64,000 nt of DNA from Candidatus Latescibacterota bacterium (GTDB lineage Bacteria > Latescibacterota > UBA2968): NCBI GenBank assembly GCA_965207885.1, contig OZ242311.1, positions 4,512,001 through 4,576,000 on the forward strand, given 5' to 3'. The notes under the pieces are model-generated. The model had not been told where the DNA came from. It searched no databases and saw only the letters and a list, made by a program, of their open reading frames with translations. This document shows positions 58,396 to 64,000 of this stretch, piece after piece. The position numbers and the translations under genes are program-made. Numbering within the stretch: the first letter of the stretch is position 1; each line of letters opens with the position of its first letter.

Positions 58396-59492
58396 AACAC
58401 CTGTCGGTTGCGATTTTGTAGTAATAAAAAGAGGAAAAAGGGTACGCCGATGACTGCTGTTACAATGCCTATGGGCAATTCGGCAGGTGCGACAAGCGTG
58501 CGTGCTACCAGATCAGCGGCCATCAATAGAGAAGCTCCCAGGAGTGCTGCCCCCGGGATTAAGTAGCGATGATCTGGCCCAATTGACAACCGCAGAAGGT
58601 GCGGCACCACCAGGCCGACAAATCCGATTATGCCCACCACAGAAACCGATGCACCCACAGCCAGTGCAGCCAGTGTCACCACTTCGCGCTTCATGCGTTC
58701 GATAGATACGCCCAGATGTCTGGCTTCGGCTTCGCCCAATAAAAAGATGTTGAGCGCGCGTCCATAGAGACCGAGCAAACAGACCGATATAATAATAAAA
58801 GGCGTTACTACGCTCACCGAGGTCCAGGTCGCGCCACCCATGTTGCCCATGCTCCAGAATGTGATATTGCGCAACTGGGCATCTGTTGCCACAAATGTCA
58901 ATAAACCCGTTAATGCACCGCTCAACGCATTGATGGCAATGCCGGCCAACAGCATTGTTGCCACAGCTACGCGTCCACTTGTCGCGGACAATTGATAGAC
59001 CAATAGTGTTGCAGCGACTCCACCGATAAATGCGGCAATGGGCAGTGTATAGTCGCCCAAAATCTCCGATAGGCCCTTCAGTACAGTCGCGCCCAGGACA
59101 ATTACCGATACCGCAGCTAATGCGGCGCCACTTGACACGCCGATCAAACCGGGGTCGGCCAATGGGTTGCGGAAAAGCCCCTGCATGGCAGCGCCTGATA
59201 CAGCCAATCCGGCTCCGACGAGCACATTCAACAGGACTCTCGGCAGCCGAATGGCGACGACAACGGCTTCCTGGTGCGATTGAAATGTTTGCTCAACAGA
59301 AAACCCCATTCGTTTTGCAAAGATCGACAAAACCTGTGCGGGTGTAACGGATACTGCGCCAATGCCCACCGAGGCCACTACCAGTACGCATAGCAATACG
59401 CACAGTGCCAGCAATATCAGAGAGGTTCGTTTTATTTGTAAGCGAGAAATGCGAATACCATCCCGTTGTAAAACTGTTGGTGCCGCGCTCAT
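58392..59492 (-). CDS. hmuU: Haem ABC transporter permease (FecCD family)
   Basis: IRLPR, QGLFRNPLADPG, GEAEARHLG, IGFVGLVVPH. Confidence 0.93.
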   Translation of the reverse strand: MSAAPTVLQRDGIRISRLQIKRTSLILLALCVLLCVLVVASVGIGAVSVTPAQVLSIFAKRMGFSVEQTFQSHQEAVVVAIRLPRVLLNVLVGAGLAVSGAAMQGLFRNPLADPGLIGVSSGAALAAVSVIVLGATVLKGLSEILGDYTLPIAAFIGGVAATLLVYQLSATSGRVAVATMLLAGIAINALSGALTGLLTFVATDAQLRNITFWSMGNMGGATWTSVSVVTPFIIISVCLLGLYGRALNIFLLGEAEARHLGVSIERMKREVVTLAALAVGASVSVVGIIGFVGLVVPHLLRLSIGPDHRYLIPGAALLGASLLMAADLVARTLVAPAELPIGIVTAVIGVPFFLFLLLQNRNRQVF

Positions 59493-60346
59493 GACCCATC
59501 TTTCAATTGTGGGTGTAATAGATGAGACAGGTCGCGCACTGCATCGGCCAATCGGGGACCGAATCCCAACAGATAAATGCCATTCATCGTCACAATGCGC
59601 CGTTCCTGTCCGGCCGGTGTCAATGCTACGCCGGGTACTTTGAGCAGATCATCTATATCACCCAGGCTTTCCAGTCCGCTTTCGAGCATCAAAATGACAT
59701 CGGGTGCCGCAGCGACTACTGCCTCAGATGTTAAAGGTTTATATCCGTCGTATTCGGTCACGGCATTCACGCCACCTGACAGATTGATCATGGTATGGGC
59801 AGATGTATTTTTGCCCGATACTAACATTGTGCCCTGTCCGCGTGCATAGATAAATAATACGCGGGGACGCGGAGATACTTTCGCGAGCAATTGGCGCGTT
59901 TGTTGCATATCGTCAGATAATTTTTGTGCGAGAGCCTCCCCTTTTTCCGTCTTTTCTATCGCGCTGGCAATCACACGGATCTTTGTTAAAGCCACATCTA
60001 CGCTATGTGAGTCGGGCAGTACCACGACCCGTACGTCGGCCTGGCGAATTTGTTCCAGGGCCGCGGGTGGTCCAGCATCTGCACTGACCAATACCAGGGT
60101 CGGATTTAGAGACAGCACGCCTTCGGCTGAGAGCCGACGCTGGTATCCCACTTTGGGCAGGGATGTCGCGGCTTCGGGATATTGGCTGGATGTATCTACA
60201 CCTACCAGGAGTGAATCGGCGGCGAGTGCGTACACAATCTCTGTGACGTCGCCACCTACCGATACGACGCGCTGTACGTGTTCATCGGTATGGCCTTGTG
60301 TGAATAATCCACAACACAGGATTAGAAGAATGATTACGCGACGCAT
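59489..60346 (-). CDS. hmuT: Haem ABC transporter substrate-binding protein
   Basis: VTEIVYAL, DTSSQYP, VGYQRRLSAEG (Tyr haem ligand), LGFGPR. Confidence 0.9.
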   Translation of the reverse strand: MRRVIILLILCCGLFTQGHTDEHVQRVVSVGGDVTEIVYALAADSLLVGVDTSSQYPEAATSLPKVGYQRRLSAEGVLSLNPTLVLVSADAGPPAALEQIRQADVRVVVLPDSHSVDVALTKIRVIASAIEKTEKGEALAQKLSDDMQQTRQLLAKVSPRPRVLFIYARGQGTMLVSGKNTSAHTMINLSGGVNAVTEYDGYKPLTSEAVVAAAPDVILMLESGLESLGDIDDLLKVPGVALTPAGQERRIVTMNGIYLLGFGPRLADAVRDLSHLLHPQLKDGS

Positions 60347-60669
60347 TAGACCGTCTCCTTGCGCTCAGAGTCCAGAAAAACCTCGTGAATCTCCAATTGG
60401 TTTGAACCTGTAAACGCCTCTTTGGGCAACGATCCCGACCTGGCATGGCCTTTTTGAAATGCCTCGGAATTGACCCAGTTTTTGAAATGCTCGTGCGATT
60501 CCCAAAAGGTGAGCACGATATAGGGGTGATCCTTTTTTTTGGGGCGTAATACTTTGTTGGAGATAAAACCCGGCATGCCATCCACCAGGTGTGCTCGATT
60601 GCGAAAACGCTCTTCAAATTGCTCGGCGTATTCTGGATTTACAAAAATGCGATTGGCAACGGCTACCAT
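60346..60669 (-). CDS. IsdG/ABM-family haem-degrading monooxygenase
   Basis: Conserved Asn (VANRI), Trp (NWVNS) and His (FQKGH). Confidence 0.85.
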   Translation of the reverse strand: MVAVANRIFVNPEYAEQFEERFRNRAHLVDGMPGFISNKVLRPKKKDHPYIVLTFWESHEHFKNWVNSEAFQKGHARSGSLPKEAFTGSNQLEIHEVFLDSERKETV

Positions 60670-60695
60670 AACAGACCTCCTGTCTCGTGTTTCAA

Positions 60696-61982
60696 TCACC
60701 GAAGCGAGCGCGACCCGTCGGGTTGAAACGTGTAAGTGAAATTGTAATAACGCGATTGTGCACCGGTAGATGGTACTGCGTCACCGCCTTTGTAATAGCT
60801 CGTAAACTTGAGCTTGGCATAACGGCCATCTGCTGTGCGGATAACCAGTACGACCCCCGGGTTCATCAGGATAGCATGGGGTGGAAAACCCTCAGGCCCG
60901 GTATATGTGTACCGGGCTCTGCCGATAGCGGGAAGACCGGGCTGATCCTGTACATATCCCGATTCGGGCGCTGTTGAAAGGGTGTCGTAATCTGTTGCTG
61001 TGAAAATGATTGCACCGCCTTGACCGGGACCATTGATGCCGCTGTTGGTTAAGACGGTCGTGGATTTAAACGCGAGATCCCATTTTGTGGAATTGGAATC
61101 TGCTGGCGATACAACGGCGCTGTCTCGAAGGCTATAATACGTGAAGGCGTCCTTCCTGTCTGGATCGGCGGGAATATCGCGCGCGTTCACTTCTGTTAGT
61201 GTTGTGATTTCGGTGGATGGAGGCGGTTCGGCAAATAAACGCGATCCGTCGGGTTGGAATGTGTAGGTGAAATTGTAAAAACGCGATTGTGCGCCAGCAG
61301 ATGGTGTTGCTTCACCGCCTTTGTAATAGCTCGTAAATTTGAGCTTGGCATAGCGTCCATCTGCGGTGCGGATGACCAGTACGACCCCAGAGTTCATCAG
61401 GATGGCATGGCTTGGCGGGCCGGTATATGTGTACCAGGCTCTGCCAATAGCGGGTTGACCGTCCTGATCCTGTACATATCCCGATTCGGGTGCTGTTGAA
61501 AGGGTATCGTAATCAGTTGCTGTGAGTATGATTGCACCGCCTTCACCTGGACCGCTGCTGCCGCTGTTGGTTAAGACGGTCGTCCCCTTAAACGCAATAT
61601 CCCATTTTGTGGAGTTGGAATCTGCTGGCGATACAATAGCACTGTCTCGAAGGCTGTAATACGTGAAGACGTCCTGCCGATTCGGGTCGGCGGGTATATC
61701 TTGGACGACCACTTCTGTTAGCGCTGTAATCGGCTCAGGGGCTGGCGCGGCTTCACTGCCGAATACCTGGACGAAGAGTAAGAAGTCTGCAAAATCAACC
61801 GTTCCACTGTTGTCGAGGTCGTATAAGGCCTCTGTTGTGCCAAAAGCCTGGGCAAACTGGAGAAAGTCGGGGAAATCGACTGTGCCACTGCCGTCAAAAT
61901 CGGCATTGGACGATGTTTTTGCCAGGGCTGGCGCTGTTGCTAAAACAAAAATACAAAGGGCCAGCAGGTTTAAAGTTTTCAC
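60696..61982 (-). CDS. Secreted protein with EF-hand/dockerin-like module and two tandem HmuY-like domains
   Basis: ADFDGSGTVDFPDFL x2; duplicated WDIAF...NSG..G.G.GG...IRTADGRYAKL...YY. Confidence 0.82.
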   Translation of the reverse strand: MKTLNLLALCIFVLATAPALAKTSSNADFDGSGTVDFPDFLQFAQAFGTTEALYDLDNSGTVDFADFLLFVQVFGSEAAPAPEPITALTEVVVQDIPADPNRQDVFTYYSLRDSAIVSPADSNSTKWDIAFKGTTVLTNSGSSGPGEGGAIILTATDYDTLSTAPESGYVQDQDGQPAIGRAWYTYTGPPSHAILMNSGVVLVIRTADGRYAKLKFTSYYKGGEATPSAGAQSRFYNFTYTFQPDGSRLFAEPPPSTEITTLTEVNARDIPADPDRKDAFTYYSLRDSAVVSPADSNSTKWDLAFKSTTVLTNSGINGPGQGGAIIFTATDYDTLSTAPESGYVQDQPGLPAIGRARYTYTGPEGFPPHAILMNPGVVLVIRTADGRYAKLKFTSYYKGGDAVPSTGAQSRYYNFTYTFQPDGSRSLR

Positions 61983-62012
61983 GACGGTATCCTCCCTGAA
62001 AATTTGAAGTGA

Positions 62013-64000
62013 TTAGAAGCTTTTTGTCAATCCCGCATAGAGTGTTCGCCCGGGCAGTGAAGGGGTGTAGTCCAGTCGCTTTTCATCGAATATGTTGTCG
62101 ATGCCCAATTGAACTGTCGCGACTTTGCGGATGTGTTGGGATATGGAGATGTGCCAGAGGTCATAACCCGGCGCATATTCTTCTGGTGCGTCTAAGATGG
62201 TATTTAAGTTGCGGTCGCGATAACCGTATCGCCCCCGATAAATACCGCGCAAACTTCCACTAAAACCGAGTTTCTCATTGTGAAAAAAGAATCGCATCGT
62301 GGCCATGTGTTTTGAGCGGTTGTACAAACCGCCGTATTCGGATATTTCAACGTGGCGCAGCTTGTTGGTTTCAGTGTCAATTTTTACAATTTGATCGGCT
62401 TCGATTTTGTCCAGGACTTCTTCGTCTCCGGTTTCCAAATACTGATAGCCCGCGGATAAGGACACGCCTGAGAAGGGGTTTAGTGTGAGGTCGCTTTCTA
62501 TGCCTTTTGTAAAGACGCGATTGAGGTTGAAATAGGTATAGACACTCTGGCCGCTCATTTTGCGCGCGATGGGCGAGGCTTCGATGAGGTCCTGTACGTT
62601 ATTGCGGAAGAAATTGATTTTGGCGGATATACTGCGTAGGGGGGCGATTTCAATGCCTCCGTTATATGAAACCGCACTTTCGGCGCGAATCTGTTCCATG
62701 GATTCAACATCTTGCAAGATGGCGGCAATACGGCCTTCGCGTTGTAGTAATGCCAGGCCTTCGCGCATGTATGTTGATCCCAGAACAGAATAACCCACGG
62801 AGGGATTTGTAAAATCCAGATACAATTGCTGAAAGGTAGGTGCTTTGAAACCACTGCCGATAGAGGCGCGGAGACGCAGAGAAGGTATCGGTTTGATGAG
62901 GAGTGCAGCTTTGGGGCTTAAACGGGTTGCGTAATCGCTGTGTGCATCAATGCGTCCGCTGAGGACGATGTTGAGATAGGTGGTGGGCAACCATTCTTCT
63001 TGCAAAAAAGCAAAGGTGTTTTGCGAGGTTTGTCGTCCACCTGTGATGCGGTCTGCTTTGACCGATTCCCAAATGCCTCCTGCGCCCACTGTGATCAGAT
63101 TTGTTTTTCCTATGAGCTTTTGGGCCTGTACTTCGGCTTTGTGATAGTTTTGGGCAAAAGTTGAGGCAGAGTAGGTCTCGCCGTTGTTGCGATAGGTGAG
63201 CTCGCTTTTTGTGTGGTACCTGGTGGTGTAAAATTTTCCCGTTATCTGGAAATCGGGTGTCCATTGGAAGACGATTTTGGGATTGATATTCCAATCCGTC
63301 AGTCGCGCATCGCTGTGGATGGCCTCTATCGCACCGTTTGAGTAGATCTCATCCAGGCTGTACTGGTCTTCTACAAATACCCGCGCTACAAGCGATAGCG
63401 TGGTTCGTTGATTGGGGTGGTAAACGATTTTGGGATTTAACGTGTAGGTGACATATTCTGGCGTGGTTGGAGAAATCGTTTCGGGGGTGTGGTCATATCC
63501 GTCACTTTGGCTTCTGTCAATAAAGAATGAGGTTCCAATCTCGCGTTGGTGGGTTTCTAATTCGCCAGTGAAATTCAAAGAGCCGAAGCTGCCATAGCGC
63601 GGGCGCACAGATATGGAGAATGGTTTTTCAGGCATTCGCGTGATGAGGTTAATCACACCGGCGAGTGCCTCACTGCCATAGAGCGACGATGTAGGTCCTT
63701 TGACGATTTCTACTTGCTCGAGATTGTTCACCAAAAAGCGGTCCAGGTCGAGCGTTCCCGCTGTGCGTCCGATGATGGGTTCGCCATCCAGGAGAATAAG
63801 CGTATAATCGGGGTCAAAGCCCTGCATCTGAACGCCCATGCCGTGATCGGATATGACGGCCAGCCCGGTTTGTTCGGCCAGTAAAGCTCCCAGATTTATT
63901 ACGCCAGACGCATCGATTTCTCGTTTGGTAATGACCTGGGTTTGGATGGGCGCATTTTCGACTTTGCGAGACGATTTGGTGCCTGTGACAACAATCGGTG
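62013..64000 (-). CDS. TonB-dependent haem receptor (HmuR-like), N-terminus off window
   Basis: Frame open to window edge (PIVVTGTK), VEIVKGPTSSLYGSEALAGVINLIT plug, C-terminal F. Confidence 0.92.
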   Translation of the reverse strand, partial: PIVVTGTKSSRKVENAPIQTQVITKREIDASGVINLGALLAEQTGLAVISDHGMGVQMQGFDPDYTLILLDGEPIIGRTAGTLDLDRFLVNNLEQVEIVKGPTSSLYGSEALAGVINLITRMPEKPFSISVRPRYGSFGSLNFTGELETHQREIGTSFFIDRSQSDGYDHTPETISPTTPEYVTYTLNPKIVYHPNQRTTLSLVARVFVEDQYSLDEIYSNGAIEAIHSDARLTDWNINPKIVFQWTPDFQITGKFYTTRYHTKSELTYRNNGETYSASTFAQNYHKAEVQAQKLIGKTNLITVGAGGIWESVKADRITGGRQTSQNTFAFLQEEWLPTTYLNIVLSGRIDAHSDYATRLSPKAALLIKPIPSLRLRASIGSGFKAPTFQQLYLDFTNPSVGYSVLGSTYMREGLALLQREGRIAAILQDVESMEQIRAESAVSYNGGIEIAPLRSISAKINFFRNNVQDLIEASPIARKMSGQSVYTYFNLNRVFTKGIESDLTLNPFSGVSLSAGYQYLETGDEEVLDKIEADQIVKIDTETNKLRHVEISEYGGLYNRSKHMATMRFFFHNEKLGFSGSLRGIYRGRYGYRDRNLNTILDAPEEYAPGYDLWHISISQHIRKVATVQLGIDNIFDEKRLDYTPSLPGRTLYAGLTKSF

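Overview
Bacterial chromosomal window of roughly 50% GC. The taxon is tentatively a Latescibacterota-like, possibly sponge-associated bacterium, inferred from the many sulfatases and PhyH dioxygenases, a spondin lipoprotein and a DFDGSGxVDFxDFL EF-hand/dockerin-like motif. Content, left to right: housekeeping xseA-xseB-nadK-recN and futalosine genes mqnE (frameshifted)-mqnC-mqnA; a small sigma-region-4 module with micro-ORFs and a duplicated palindromic site; rarA; a large sulfatase/2OG-Fe(II) dioxygenase/arylsulfotransferase catabolic region; several toxin-antitoxin modules; a patatin-Omp85 gene flanked by direct repeats; a 235-bp IS608-like tnpB-remnant element interrupting a DUF5990 gene; a defence/mobile patch (Rpn with an internal start, IS3, truncated BcgI-like R-M); and an iron locus (sigma factor, two divergent ferritins, haem uptake operon). 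The strongest novel candidates are RNA regulators at the iron locus. One is a structured RNA 3' of hmuV whose loop is complementary over 15 nt to the neighbouring ferritin RBS. The other is a ~310-nt sigma-factor leader carrying six UCCCC motifs, at least two in hairpin loops. No rRNA, tRNA or CRISPR array was recognised. All calls were made by eye and from remembered family motifs, without database searches.
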